Source of the DNA: Amoeboradix gromovi X-113
Lineage: Eukaryota > Fungi > Sanchytriomycota
Direction of reading: 5' to 3'
NCBI GenBank assembly: GCA_018985225.1
Contig: JADGIF010000028.1
Coordinates: 1-32,000 of the forward strand
DNA length: 32,000 nucleotides
Positions 19,839-30,345 of the stretch are shown in pieces. The position numbers and the translations under genes were made by a program. Below the pieces are notes generated by a model, which ran no database searches, was not told where the DNA came from, and was given only the letters and a program-made list of their open reading frames with translations. Numbering within the stretch: the stretch's first letter is position 1; every line of letters begins with the position of its first letter.

Positions 19839-19966
19839 AAGTCAAGTTTCACTTCGTTTTGGTTTAGGGGACTCCTCGTTAAAAGTCCTGATATACGAGA
19901 AAAACTGGAAATACTGGTAAATAGGTCATTCTGAGTGCTCAAGCTTCTGCTGCCCTGATGTGGGAA

Positions 19967-20250
19967 TCACGGGGATGTATATATCAAGGATATGGTCTCA
20001 GCTTCCATAGGATTTCTATCCACTTGTAAATGACCACTTGACATGCGTCTAATATTTCCGCACATGCGAAGTCCTTGAAATATCCCGTTTGCTTGCGGAG
20101 ACTTCGCATACAGGGCGGTGTCTTTTGAGGAAGACGAGAAGACCTGAGCAGCGATGCCGTAGACTGACTTGTTCTAGCTAAAATGACTTTGACATATGCC
20201 GCAGATAGAGAGAAAGAACGAGAAGACTCTTCAGGTAGGAACTTCTAGAG
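19967..20250 (-). pseudogene. Fanzor C-terminal relic F
   Basis: Frame 20206-19967 reads ICGICQSHFS*...GIFQGLRMCGNIRRMSSGHLQVDRNPMEAETI, one base change per codon away from C.N..C...VDRD..AAENI. Confidence 0.65.
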
Positions 20251-20326
20251 AAAGGAGATACTGTGGTGATGTGTTGTGTGTCATCGCAGTAAATGGTAAA
20301 TTCAACTAAACTCCCAAACTGTAACG

Positions 20327-21052
20327 ATGGAGAAAGAGACTATTTCCATCTCAGGAATCGAAATCGATGTGTTCTGCAAATCGAAGACCCAAGAAGCTAG
20401 CATCGGAATGTTTCTATTACATGGTAGAACCAGAAACAAAAAGGACTTGGAGTTCTTAGCCAAGGGAATTGTAGAATGCAACAGCATTTTAGTGTTTTCA
20501 TTCGATCTCAGGAATCATGGATCAAGATTGGTTAACACACTTCAGAACGAGGACTGGGTAGGAGGAAATCCGAACCATCATTTGGATATGTGGAGTATTC
20601 TTATGGGAACTGTAGAAGATTGCGTATTGCTAATGAATTTACTGCCAATCTATGGATACAAAATTGGCGCCTGGGGGATTTGCGGTGTCAGTCTTGGAGG
20701 ACATGCGAGTTTAATACTCGCTGGTTGTGACAAAAGAGTTAAGTACGCTATATCTTTGATAGGATGCATAGACTTTTTAGGCCTTATGGAAGGTCGCAAG
20801 CCTAATGAAATAGAGTTTAGCAGTTCTTATATATCATTGACATCAAAACACAACGCTGTTAACAATTTGAGAGAAAACAAGGCCAATATTTTGATGTTGA
20901 ACGGAGCGCAGGATGAGCTGGTCCCTGGATCCGTTAACAAAAACCACTTTACAATTCCGAATCTAACTTACAAGGAGTTCGATGTTGGGCACAAAATCAA
21001 CACAGAAATGCTTAATGAAGTCTATCAGTTTCTACGAGATGCACAATGTTAG
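20327..21052 (+). CDS. alpha/beta-hydrolase (esterase-like)
   Basis: LLHGR oxyanion segment, FDLRNHGSR, GVSLGG nucleophile, GAQDELV acid, VGH histidine. Confidence 0.9.
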   Translation: MEKETISISGIEIDVFCKSKTQEASIGMFLLHGRTRNKKDLEFLAKGIVECNSILVFSFDLRNHGSRLVNTLQNEDWVGGNPNHHLDMWSILMGTVEDCVLLMNLLPIYGYKIGAWGICGVSLGGHASLILAGCDKRVKYAISLIGCIDFLGLMEGRKPNEIEFSSSYISLTSKHNAVNNLRENKANILMLNGAQDELVPGSVNKNHFTIPNLTYKEFDVGHKINTEMLNEVYQFLRDAQC

Positions 21053-21298
21053 GCATGTGCAGCCCACCGGCTTAGAGCACCAGTTTATTATCTTCTTGAT
21101 CGTTTCACTGCTATCCAAGGCTGCTCGTACTTTTACAACGGCGCATATGCTTATTCTAGACCGCGTTGTAATGAAGACTCCATTTTCACGTGCAACTTAT
21201 TTAGGCCAGCCCATGTGACATGAAAATGTTTTGATTGGACGCTGAGCGCTCAGAATTCTATTTTAAAACTTTCTATTTCTCTAAGCCACTATAAAGAA

Positions 21299-21613
21299 AT
21301 GGTAGTAGTTGAATCTTCAGCATCATGGGTAGCTACTTCATCGTCAAAAGGTTACCACGAGGGTAATGGGAATGGAAACTGGAACGAAGAAGAATCCAGT
21401 TCAACTACCCAAGCATCATCTACCTGGATCTCATCAGCATCTGTTGCTACAACTGATGCATCTGTAGACTCTGCAGCTATTTACAGTCAACTATTGGCGT
21501 CATATAGCTCAGGGCTAATTGCTCTACCAACAACAACAACGACTACTACAAATGGATCAAGTCAGTTAGGAAACGTGTGTTTATTAGCTGTTATCTTATT
21601 TTACCTGTTTTAA
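21299..21613 (+). CDS. small Ser/Thr-rich protein with GPI-signal-like C-terminus
   Basis: S/T runs, NGSS omega-like site and hydrophobic tail; no clear N-terminal signal, so the 5' end may be incomplete. Confidence 0.55.
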   Translation: MVVVESSASWVATSSSKGYHEGNGNGNWNEEESSSTTQASSTWISSASVATTDASVDSAAIYSQLLASYSSGLIALPTTTTTTTNGSSQLGNVCLLAVILFYLF

Positions 21614-21631
21614 GAAAAGTAAATTTATGAG

Positions 21632-22642
21632 TTAATATCTTCTTCGTTTGTTATCCTCGCGGTCCGGGAGTGCACGCCTGAGCTCATGATGGCTATCCGT
21701 AGGCGCTGCTCTCCTTCTGTCGTCGTTCCTCGGCTCATATCTTGGTCTATCGTTATATCTCTGCCCATCTCTTCTTTCGTATCTGTCGTTTGTTCCTCCA
21801 TTCTGAGGCCTGTCATACCAGCCATCCTGTCTACCGCCCTGTCTGTTGTCGTATCTACCATGGTTTCTGTCCACGTCTCTTCTCATGTACCCACGCTCTG
21901 CTCCATGCTCATTTCTGTTGTGATCGTTTCTGTGCTCTGGCCTACTTCTATCGTTCCTGTACTGCTGTCTGGGTCTTTCATCTCTGTCTCTATAGTACCC
22001 TCTATCGTTTCTGCCTCTATCGTCCACCCCCATCGCTTTATTCCCAAAGTTCATCTCGTTTATGTCCCTGCCTTTGATTTCCAGTCGCCTGCCCATTTCG
22101 TGGTACATAATTACTTGAGCATCCTTCAGCTCTTTCAGAAGCTGCAGCGTGGGTCTCTTCAGGTGCATAAAGTTGCACATCTTGCCTCGAGCACACAGGC
22201 CATCGTCGTGCTGTTTGCACAAAGCATCCCTGAATGACACAACAGGAGACAGCTCGGCATATATCGGACGGGCAGCATAGTACCTGTTGTCTAGCGCTTG
22301 CTGTGCCTTCTTCGCGTCCTCGTCAAAGCGATATTTGCAAAAGACATTGCCGATCAAATGGTCGCAAATATTGTCGCATATCACAAGCTCGTCAATGTAT
22401 CCATACTTGGACATCTCTATGAACATGTCCGTGTAGAACATGTCAAAGTGCTGTTGCAGCTGCTCGTTCTTTAGCTTTAGCGCATCGTTCTTTGGATTGG
22501 CATATATGTTATAGAGCACTACCGTGGGTGAGAAGTTCGGTCGAGTGTGCTTACGAGAGCATCGATCTCCATGCCTACATGCTCCTATCTTGTAGTAAAA
22601 TGAGCAGTTTACCTTATCTGCTTCTGTTCCATAAGTGTTCAT
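21632..22642 (-). CDS. U2AF1: splicing factor U2AF small subunit
   Basis: GTEADKVNCSFYYKIGACRHGDRCSRKH, UHM domain, AELSPV, second CCCH finger and an R/D/G-rich tail. Confidence 0.97.
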   Translation of the reverse strand: MNTYGTEADKVNCSFYYKIGACRHGDRCSRKHTRPNFSPTVVLYNIYANPKNDALKLKNEQLQQHFDMFYTDMFIEMSKYGYIDELVICDNICDHLIGNVFCKYRFDEDAKKAQQALDNRYYAARPIYAELSPVVSFRDALCKQHDDGLCARGKMCNFMHLKRPTLQLLKELKDAQVIMYHEMGRRLEIKGRDINEMNFGNKAMGVDDRGRNDRGYYRDRDERPRQQYRNDRSRPEHRNDHNRNEHGAERGYMRRDVDRNHGRYDNRQGGRQDGWYDRPQNGGTNDRYERRDGQRYNDRPRYEPRNDDRRRAAPTDSHHELRRALPDREDNKRRRY

Positions 22643-22802
22643 GTTTTAACAAGACTCCTATTATAATTTATTTATTCTTTTATTATATTGAATATGTGTC
22701 CCACAAATCGTCCAAGTCCATCTTGTTTTTTATCGCGTTCTCAATGTTAAGTGTCCAATCTTCGGTGTCCATGGTTTTACGGAATCTCCTTTGCCCTAAA
22801 CT

Positions 22803-23300
22803 GGACACACTCTAAAAACTAGACAAATATTTAAATACAGCACCGATAAATCTGGACCCTAAATGCACGTATAGCAGGGTACCAGATGTAAAAGCAAGAG
22901 CATTCTGAGAGTTCCATATGTCAAAAACACCATTTTCAGAAGCTGACTAGACTCCGTGCATCATTCAGAGTATGGCAACAGGTAGAACACACACCATAGT
23001 GTAGTGCTTTTATAGGCACCTTCATTTCCACTTGTTTCGCCATGATTTCATTCTGTCAATTTTATGACGCTGAGAGGACGACTGGGCGGTAGAAGCGACA
23101 CACAAGAAAGTCCCTCTGCAGTATAGTGTTAAAGATGTCTTCGAGCAAGTCGTGCTATTTTAAGTATTCTAGTTTCATGCCTAATCTCAATTTCACTTCT
23201 TGCCAACGGCTCACAAACTACTTTGTGCCATCGAGCTCAAGGTAATTATTTGAGTTGGAATAGTGTCATTCACATTGATATTGGCAACTGCGTTGATTTG
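22803..23300 (-). mobile_element. degenerate Fanzor relic G with the right end of the TIR family; 5' limit uncertain (may reach about 23670)
   Basis: GGACACACTCTAAAAACTAGAC (22803-22824) resembles the TIR; subterminal GCATTT/TATCGGTGC/TTTAAA blocks shared with 4369-4400; NEIMAK (from 23052) versus NKVMAK in relic B; CSTC...DA. Confidence 0.55.
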
Positions 23301-23695
23301 CAATATTTTAAAACACATGCACTAGGCGACAATTCATTGATACAACTTCTACACCCTGGTGTGACTCAGTAAGGAATAGAACATTGTGTTTCTACCTAGA
23401 TCGCCCGTTAATTACTTTTTTGGAGTTCTGCCAAGGCCCTTTTATTGCTCTTTGAATTTCAATAAACTTATTAAATACATTTTTTACGTTCTTTTGCTAC
23501 CATTGTGCTTCGTATTTTATGTCTTTCGCAATAAAGGCTCGAAAATAATTGATCTCGCATTCTTGAGCCTGATGGTCTCGAAACGTTATACCTCAATATT
23601 TCTTCGATTTTTATTTGCAATTATCCCAGTGCTACCCACTTTTAATAAAAAACTCACTGAAGAATTCTAATCTCAAGTGTGAATTATAAATTGAG

Positions 23696-23950
23696 GTGCA
23701 AATAAAAGACTTACAAGTCCCAACCTCAATAATTTTTAAGCGTGTTATGTTAGGATTGTTAAACATACTAGACATCAGATTCAAGTATTTGCATAACGAG
23801 ATTCATAAGATTAGAACATCAAGTTTACGCGATGCTATTTATTACACAAATAAGATGCTTATAAGATTTATTGAGGTTGAAATTCCCTTAAAAGGAGGAG
23901 AGATAAATGCAGAAGCATTGCTATCAGATTTAATGCTGCTGCTCATTTAA
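23696..23950 (+). pseudogene. possible Fanzor1 N-terminal fragment (relic J)
   Basis: FKRVMLGLLNILD...LHNEIHKI....RDAIYYTNKMLIRFIEVEIPL has the same helix pattern as the N-terminus of relic A; no catalytic motifs. Confidence 0.35.
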
Positions 23951-23971
23951 AGGGTGTTTCACGAATGATAT

Positions 23972-24931
23972 TTAAATTGTAACTGTTTCAATGAAATTAG
24001 CAGCAACTGGTGCGCAGAGATTGATTGTATTTATGGTTGTTACACACGTTAACTCTGAGTTTCTAAAATTCTTTCTGAAATATTCGATTCTTTGAACCTG
24101 TCCCGGTGTGAATGAGGAGCGGCAGTTAGTGTAATCCATAAAATTCCCAATTAGATCATTTCCGGGTGTATTGGGACAAGTTTTAATAGCGGGCGCCACG
24201 CTATTACTGACACTGCATTGCCATCCCCATGAAGCTGCCTGCATTCCACTCGCTGCAGTTCTAGCAGCTTCGCTGACCACTGGCGTATCTAGCACATAAT
24301 CACCATTTGGATCTTCACATCCCCCCTTAAATACATGTAGCAGTCCAAAGAAATGACCGATTTCATGAATCAGCGTCGTTGGGAGAACACTTGGTTTGTA
24401 GCTTAATCTTTCTGTGCTTATAACCACACCATCTAAGTCTAATGGTGAATCTGGGAAAGTAGACCAACTTACCGATGACTTCTTGCCTTTCCAAGTGTTC
24501 CAGGACCACTTGTGATACCCAGAATCTGCACTGTATATATTCAGCGTTTCCTTGCCCCCTTCCCTATGTCTTTTTTTAAATTCCTTTTCTGTGTTGGTTT
24601 CACAGCATTCAATATGCACCATACGCGGTTCGTTTATATAATCTATCTTTTTTAGTTGAAAATATATTGTAGTTTCCAAATAAGCCTTATTTAACATCAT
24701 AATTTGGTGAACAACTGTTGCTTTATCCAACTTATGGTATTCTTTATCATGGATCACATGCCAAACGACAGGAATTATGTATTTTGGTGGGACTGTTACA
24801 GCCGGTGTTGTAGAAATAATCTTAGATCTCTTCTGCAGATTAAAGTTTGAAGGAACTTGAAATAGTATTGACTTGGAGGGAGTTCCTGTCATGCATACCG
24901 AGTGAGCGCTAACGAAATAGATCCACAGCAT
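23972..24931 (-). CDS. secreted M43 (pappalysin/ulilysin-family) metalloprotease
   Basis: IPVVWHVI, LNIY, DGVVI, HEIGHFFGLLH zinc motif, DYVLDTP and NFMDY Met-turn; prodomain Cys and a KR site. Confidence 0.93.
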   Translation of the reverse strand: MLWIYFVSAHSVCMTGTPSKSILFQVPSNFNLQKRSKIISTTPAVTVPPKYIIPVVWHVIHDKEYHKLDKATVVHQIMMLNKAYLETTIYFQLKKIDYINEPRMVHIECCETNTEKEFKKRHREGGKETLNIYSADSGYHKWSWNTWKGKKSSVSWSTFPDSPLDLDGVVISTERLSYKPSVLPTTLIHEIGHFFGLLHVFKGGCEDPNGDYVLDTPVVSEAARTAASGMQAASWGWQCSVSNSVAPAIKTCPNTPGNDLIGNFMDYTNCRSSFTPGQVQRIEYFRKNFRNSELTCVTTINTINLCAPVAANFIETVTI

Positions 24932-25379
24932 TTTTGAGAAAGGCAAAAGCTTGTTCTAATACTCCTTTGTAATAGTTGTGCAATATGTGATACCCTAAAA
25001 ATTCCTGCGGATCCTAATACGCTATTATCGTTTATGCTGGATTGAAGAATACATTCCGACTATGTTAAATGCGAAGATCTGAAATAATCCAGAGTTTACA
25101 TTTCTCAACTTTAAGACCTTGGTTTTCGCAAATGAAATATCAGCAACAGTTTCATCATTTAATTTTAAGTAAGTGCTCTAAATTGGATGTAGTTATTCTT
25201 TACGTGATCTGTGTTAGATGTATTCCTTGATACCAAGTTATCTGATTTCCGAAATTCGATCCGTTACAAAGTGTACATAAAAATAGCACAACCATCACAC
25301 GATTACTTAAAGAACTGTTTGTTTGTGAAATCCCTGACTAGAGTTCATTGATCCAAACAAAGAATTCACAAATGAGAAA

Positions 25380-25799
25380 ATGCTTATAAATCAAGGAGAA
25401 TGGGTGAAATATCAAATTCAGAAAATGTCATTCACTCTAAATGAAGAGTTACAGTCAATAGCACAGAATACTGGCATGATATTTTGTCCTAGATGTGAAA
25501 ATTTGCTAGATATGCCAAGGTCAGATCACTTTGTTTGTAGAAGCTGTGATTATAAATTTAAAGCTGATTTGTTGAGAGATTTAGTTGTAGTTTCTCAATC
25601 CAGATCTAATTCTTTTGTGAATCCAGATCTAAATCTAACTCAAAGGGACGAAAAATTAGCAACTATAGATGAAAAATGTCCTAAATGTAACAATCCGGAA
25701 ATGACATTTTTTACAATGCAGCTACGGGGTGCCGATGAAGGTGCAACCGTATTTTATTCATGTCCTAATTGTATGCACAAATTCAGCGTGAACAACTAG
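25380..25799 (+). CDS. RPA12: RNA polymerase I subunit A12 (start may be 25425 or 25476)
   Basis: Two Zn ribbons; ATIDEKCPKC...QLRGADEGATVFYSC..C.HKFSVNN. Confidence 0.93.
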   Translation: MLINQGEWVKYQIQKMSFTLNEELQSIAQNTGMIFCPRCENLLDMPRSDHFVCRSCDYKFKADLLRDLVVVSQSRSNSFVNPDLNLTQRDEKLATIDEKCPKCNNPEMTFFTMQLRGADEGATVFYSCPNCMHKFSVNN

Positions 25800-26251
25800 T
25801 TTTTTAGTAAATCGTTGATCCACGGATAAATAGAAGCTTTTGGGGTACTACAACTAGACAGACGGTTCACTCTTTACTGCTGTTGCTCACAGCTGTATGC
25901 CGTACAGTCTCTTCTTGCTTTCAAGTTATCACTTCCAACGTCACCAATGCTTCTGGCGCCCAAGAGTCCTTGTACAAAGTATTGATTTGTAGTTCAGGGG
26001 CCTCTTTTTACTTTATAGATGAGACTCTATCAAACAGAATGTTCTCTTTCGAGGAAAATTTGGAGATACTAAATGGCTCTTTTATATCTTGTAAATGGTA
26101 CAGACACCCTGCTAGTTTGATAGACACCCAATATTTACTTTAAAAGAGTATATTATGTATCCCATATGTAGTCAATGCGATGACAACAAATGATTGTTGA
26201 GTCGAAATCGATGCTATTATCGTTGGATTTAGAAGTTAATGATTGAATTTA

Positions 26252-26515
26252 TTATTTAGACCATGCTCTTCCACGATTAAGTCCATTTTTTACTGGATCT
26301 ATAGAAACTGGTGATAAAGAGAGCGGGTTAACCTTTGATGATACTGGTGGCTCAAAGACAGCATTTACCGGAATCATCTTACTCCATTCAAATACTTGAT
26401 TCTTTTCTCTCTTAGTCATATTCTCAGGATCACCTGATAGCTCAATCAAATCATGATAAGCTGTTTGACGAACCATGGCTTGTATGACATAGATAGTAAA
26501 GATAGTCGATTTCAT
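26252..26515 (-). CDS. small putative secreted protein
   Basis: 87 aa with the short signal-like N-terminus MKSTIFTIYVIQA. Confidence 0.5.
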   Translation of the reverse strand: MKSTIFTIYVIQAMVRQTAYHDLIELSGDPENMTKREKNQVFEWSKMIPVNAVFEPPVSSKVNPLSLSPVSIDPVKNGLNRGRAWSK

Positions 26516-26689
26516 TCAAATAGGGAGACTTAGACTTGTTATATATCACTCCTAGACCTGTCTCTTGTTAATTAATAGGTTTTATTGCACAGCAGGCGTA
26601 ATGACAGGTTGTTATCCTTTTAATTTAAATAACAGGTGGTCTCAGAACTCCTGCCTGGCGTGAAGTTTTTGATAGAACAGGACACTTGA

Positions 26690-26893
26690 AAGTTTCTTAA
26701 CTAACATGTTTTTAAAACCGTTAACTTTCTTATGTAAAACCTTGAAAATGTTCAGCAACTCAAAGATAAGCTAAGCTCCGCAATTCAGGTGAATTTCCTG
26801 TGTCTTCACTTGGCACAGATATAGCAGGTAGACAGCTGCGTCAGGTCTTCTTTTTATGGAAATGCAAGTCATTATCAAACGCTTAAAATGTAC
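26690..26893 (-). pseudogene. probable Fanzor2/TnpB-like C-terminal relic H
   Basis: HFKRLIM...AVYLL...KTQEIHLNCGA*LIFE...VLHKKVNGFKNML resembles F..RL...KT..IH.NLG...F.C...HRDVNGAKNI. Confidence 0.5.
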
Positions 26894-26930
26894 TCAATTA
26901 ATTTAGAGCATCAGGAGCGAAACAGGTTAA

Positions 26931-27728
26931 ATGAACTTGAGCATTACGAAAATGCAATTAAAATCTTTAGTAGTTGTTGGTGGAACAGGGTTCTTGGGGA
27001 AAGATTTGTTAAAATACGGTTTGAATCATTATAAATCAGTAACTGCAATATCCAGAAATAGGCCAAAATGGGACTCATGGTGGCAATCCAAGATTCATTT
27101 CCCGTTAATTCCGCTTCAAGATCTGTTTTCTACAATAGATAATGCAGTAGAGCCTAATTCTCGTAAAAATAAAGATTATTTAAATGCGGATACTGTAATT
27201 TACAGTGTAGGCACTTTATTTGCTTCCTCTCTATACAAAGATATAATAAACAATCAGGACATGACTTTAGTACCCAAGTGGATTCGCCAGGAAATTCAAT
27301 TTCAATCCAATGGTGCACCGCTTTATGACACTTTACACTATCAATACCCAATCCAAGTCTTCAATACTTTCAAGCAGGAGTGCAAAAGCGAAGATCCCTA
27401 CTTTGTCTACATTTCTGCTCATTCTTCTTTCGAGGATTTGCCGTATATCAAAACTAAAAGATTAGCAGAAGACTTTTTACTCAATCAGTCCCATAAAACT
27501 GCTAAAAATCATGACATCAAGGTTTTGGTAGTTAGACCTGGCTTGCTTTACAATGAAGACCGCCCTATTTCTATGCTTATGGCTGCTGGTAATCAGCTAC
27601 TAAGTTGTCCTTTGGGTATTTCGGCACCTTTAAGAACTTCCCAGGTGGCAGAGGGCATTTATACTGCCATCAATCAAAATCAGTCAGGGATATTAGAAAT
27701 TGGGCATTTACAGGAATTGTCAAAGTAA
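26931..27728 (+). CDS. COQ11: atypical SDR, Coq11/NDUFA9-like NAD(P)-binding protein
   Basis: VVVGGTGFLG, AISR, FVYISA, YIKTKRLAE and RPGLLY...RP. Confidence 0.75.
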   Translation: MNLSITKMQLKSLVVVGGTGFLGKDLLKYGLNHYKSVTAISRNRPKWDSWWQSKIHFPLIPLQDLFSTIDNAVEPNSRKNKDYLNADTVIYSVGTLFASSLYKDIINNQDMTLVPKWIRQEIQFQSNGAPLYDTLHYQYPIQVFNTFKQECKSEDPYFVYISAHSSFEDLPYIKTKRLAEDFLLNQSHKTAKNHDIKVLVVRPGLLYNEDRPISMLMAAGNQLLSCPLGISAPLRTSQVAEGIYTAINQNQSGILEIGHLQELSK

Positions 27729-27746
27729 ATCATTTAAATTTATTTT

Positions 27747-28497
<751 letters not shown>

Positions 28498-29238
28498 TCA
28501 TAAAGATTCAAAGAAAGACCATGCCACTACCGCCTGAACAACTCTTCTTAAAGAGCGAGGAAGAAAGCCACTATATAAAAGTCTAAGCGACAGTCCTTGG
28601 TATGTTTGCCTCATTGATTTGTATCTTTTTGGATCAATTTGCATTTTGGTTTTAATGGTGTCTAAGTGATGAGTAAGAGCAAGAGCAGCAAGAGCAGAGA
28701 TCGTGGCACTAACTGGAACGGAATACTCCTTTTTAGCTTTTTGATATAGTGCAAAATATAGTCCTGAATAAAGAACGTCTCTTGAAAGAGTTGCTGAGAG
28801 TGCTGAATAAAAAGTTTTAACTCCTTCCCTTGTGTATATCTCAGTAACAGCGCCTCTAATTGATTTGTAATTGAAATTGGTGCTTTCAAATCTGGTTTTA
28901 AGAAATGTCAATGGAGCCAATAGCAAACCAACAGATCCACGAGAAGTACAACCGATGGCCATGTTGTTAACAAAAGTACCGCTAAATACCTTCTGATACT
29001 CTTTAATGAAATTGAAATACAGAGCGTATCCAATAGAATTTCTATACAGAGTAGAGACTGTGCCTCGGTAAAATCCAAGAATATTAGAGTTACACTGCAT
29101 TTTTATAGTTTCTAGAAACTTTGTATGTGACTGCTGCTGTAGCGTCCTAAGCACGTCGAATGGCTGCAGTAATAACGTATTAATTACACCAGCATAAAGA
29201 CCCTGAACGCCATTTTCTCGCATGGTGGAAGATCCCAT
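28498..29238 (-). CDS. HEM25: mitochondrial carrier, SLC25A38/Hem25 glycine-carrier-like
   Basis: LLQPFDVLRT.QQ, PLTFLKTRFES..NYKSI, ATLSRD..YSGLY; three carrier repeats. Confidence 0.8.
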   Translation of the reverse strand: MGSSTMRENGVQGLYAGVINTLLLQPFDVLRTLQQQSHTKFLETIKMQCNSNILGFYRGTVSTLYRNSIGYALYFNFIKEYQKVFSGTFVNNMAIGCTSRGSVGLLLAPLTFLKTRFESTNFNYKSIRGAVTEIYTREGVKTFYSALSATLSRDVLYSGLYFALYQKAKKEYSVPVSATISALAALALTHHLDTIKTKMQIDPKRYKSMRQTYQGLSLRLLYSGFLPRSLRRVVQAVVAWSFFESL

Positions 29239-29292
29239 TAATGTTTTGAGGGAAAGCTTTAAAACTGTATTCTAATTTACTGAAGAACTATT

Positions 29293-29508
29293 CTATTGTC
29301 TATTCAAATAAAGAACATTGTTTCCTCTTAGAAATATAAATGATGGGTAGAAAGTTGTCTTGTCCTTTGCAATTTCCGTCACTTCGCTGAGTGCAACATT
29401 CATGAATCCATCCAAGCATGCAAGCGTTCCTTTGTACTCAATGCCGTCATTTAATTTAACGAGCACAGGTTGTCCAATTAATTTTTTCAAGAAATCGCTA
29501 ACAGCCAT
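29293..29508 (-). CDS. LSM6: U6 snRNA-associated Sm-like protein LSm6
   Basis: SDFLKKLIGQPVLVKLN.G.EYKG.LACLDGFMNVAL...FLRGNNVLY. Confidence 0.9.
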   Translation of the reverse strand: MAVSDFLKKLIGQPVLVKLNDGIEYKGTLACLDGFMNVALSEVTEIAKDKTTFYPSFIFLRGNNVLYLNRQ

Positions 29509-29526
29509 TTCCCCAATTGTAACACG

Positions 29527-30066
29527 ATGAAAAACTATTTAGATGAATTAGTGAAAGTGGAAATGGATCTACTGAAGGATCCTACTAACCAAGACCTTTT
29601 AGATTTAAAACAGGACCTGAAAGAAATTATAGAACTGGAAGGCGAAAGTAAGAGTGAAGAAGTGCAGACAGTAGGTATACCTCAGATATCAGTGAAGTTT
29701 CAAGTGGGACTAGTAGTTGGGGCGAAGTACACTGACGGTAGATTTTATAAAGCTACAATAACTAATATTCAGGACAACATATACACAATTCAGTTTTTAG
29801 GATTTTCGGAATTATACAACTTAAAAGAAATGGACATCTGTGAACACTCTAAGGATATAAAATTAAGAGGCGCAAAGAACAGCGAGTATTTGAAAAAGAG
29901 AAAGGAAAAAAAGAAGTTGAGACTTCAAGAGAGAATCAAAGAGGAAACAAAAGAGCATGTCAAGTCTCAAGAGAAATGGCAAAAGTTTAAAAAGAAAACA
30001 GTAGGTAGAATCAGTCTGAAAAACGACACTATTGGAAGCGGTACACTGAGCCGGATTCATAAATAA
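29527..30066 (+). CDS. SPF30: splicing factor SPF30/SMNDC1 (Tudor)
   Basis: N-terminal VE..L..DP.N.DL..LK.DL.EIIEL, Tudor domain (AKYTDGRFY.A.I), KKRKEKK and WQKF. Confidence 0.85.
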   Translation: MKNYLDELVKVEMDLLKDPTNQDLLDLKQDLKEIIELEGESKSEEVQTVGIPQISVKFQVGLVVGAKYTDGRFYKATITNIQDNIYTIQFLGFSELYNLKEMDICEHSKDIKLRGAKNSEYLKKRKEKKKLRLQERIKEETKEHVKSQEKWQKFKKKTVGRISLKNDTIGSGTLSRIHK

Positions 30067-30096
30067 TTACAGTTATAATTTTTTGAAACTCATAGA

Positions 30097-30345
30097 ATGG
30101 TTTTACCTTGTTCACTGGACAGCTGCATATTATGCCCAGAATCAGAATCGAATGAGGAATATTGTCTTTCTACAGGTTTCCGTCAATTTAAGAGGTGTGG
30201 TACCACCGACGAAAGCCTGGTTGGCTGTCTTCCTGAATCTTCTGCACTAGCATTTGTATGCTTCATATGTCTTAATTTCATAGTGTTCAGCATAAGCTTT
30301 TATGGGCTACTTAAGAAATTAAGCTCCTATCAGCCATTGGAGTAA
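30097..30345 (+). CDS. JTB-like small Cys-rich membrane protein
   Basis: C....C..C........C..TG.....C.......C followed by a TM segment F..F...N. Confidence 0.5.
   Translation: MVLPCSLDSCILCPESESNEEYCLSTGFRQFKRCGTTDESLVGCLPESSALAFVCFICLNFIVFSISFYGLLKKLSSYQPLE

Noticed and set aside
21625-22815. Several long overlapping ORFs around U2AF1
   Set aside because: Antisense or alternate-frame by-products of a GC-rich, low-complexity coding sequence.
24950-25380. Coding-like broken frames
   Set aside because: Could be a pseudogene, but no family could be recognised.
25800-26230. Possible further Fanzor relic on the minus strand (LGR.AL.TL...K.RRDCTAY)
   Set aside because: Needs several frameshifts and has no RuvC-III motif; too weak without a profile search.
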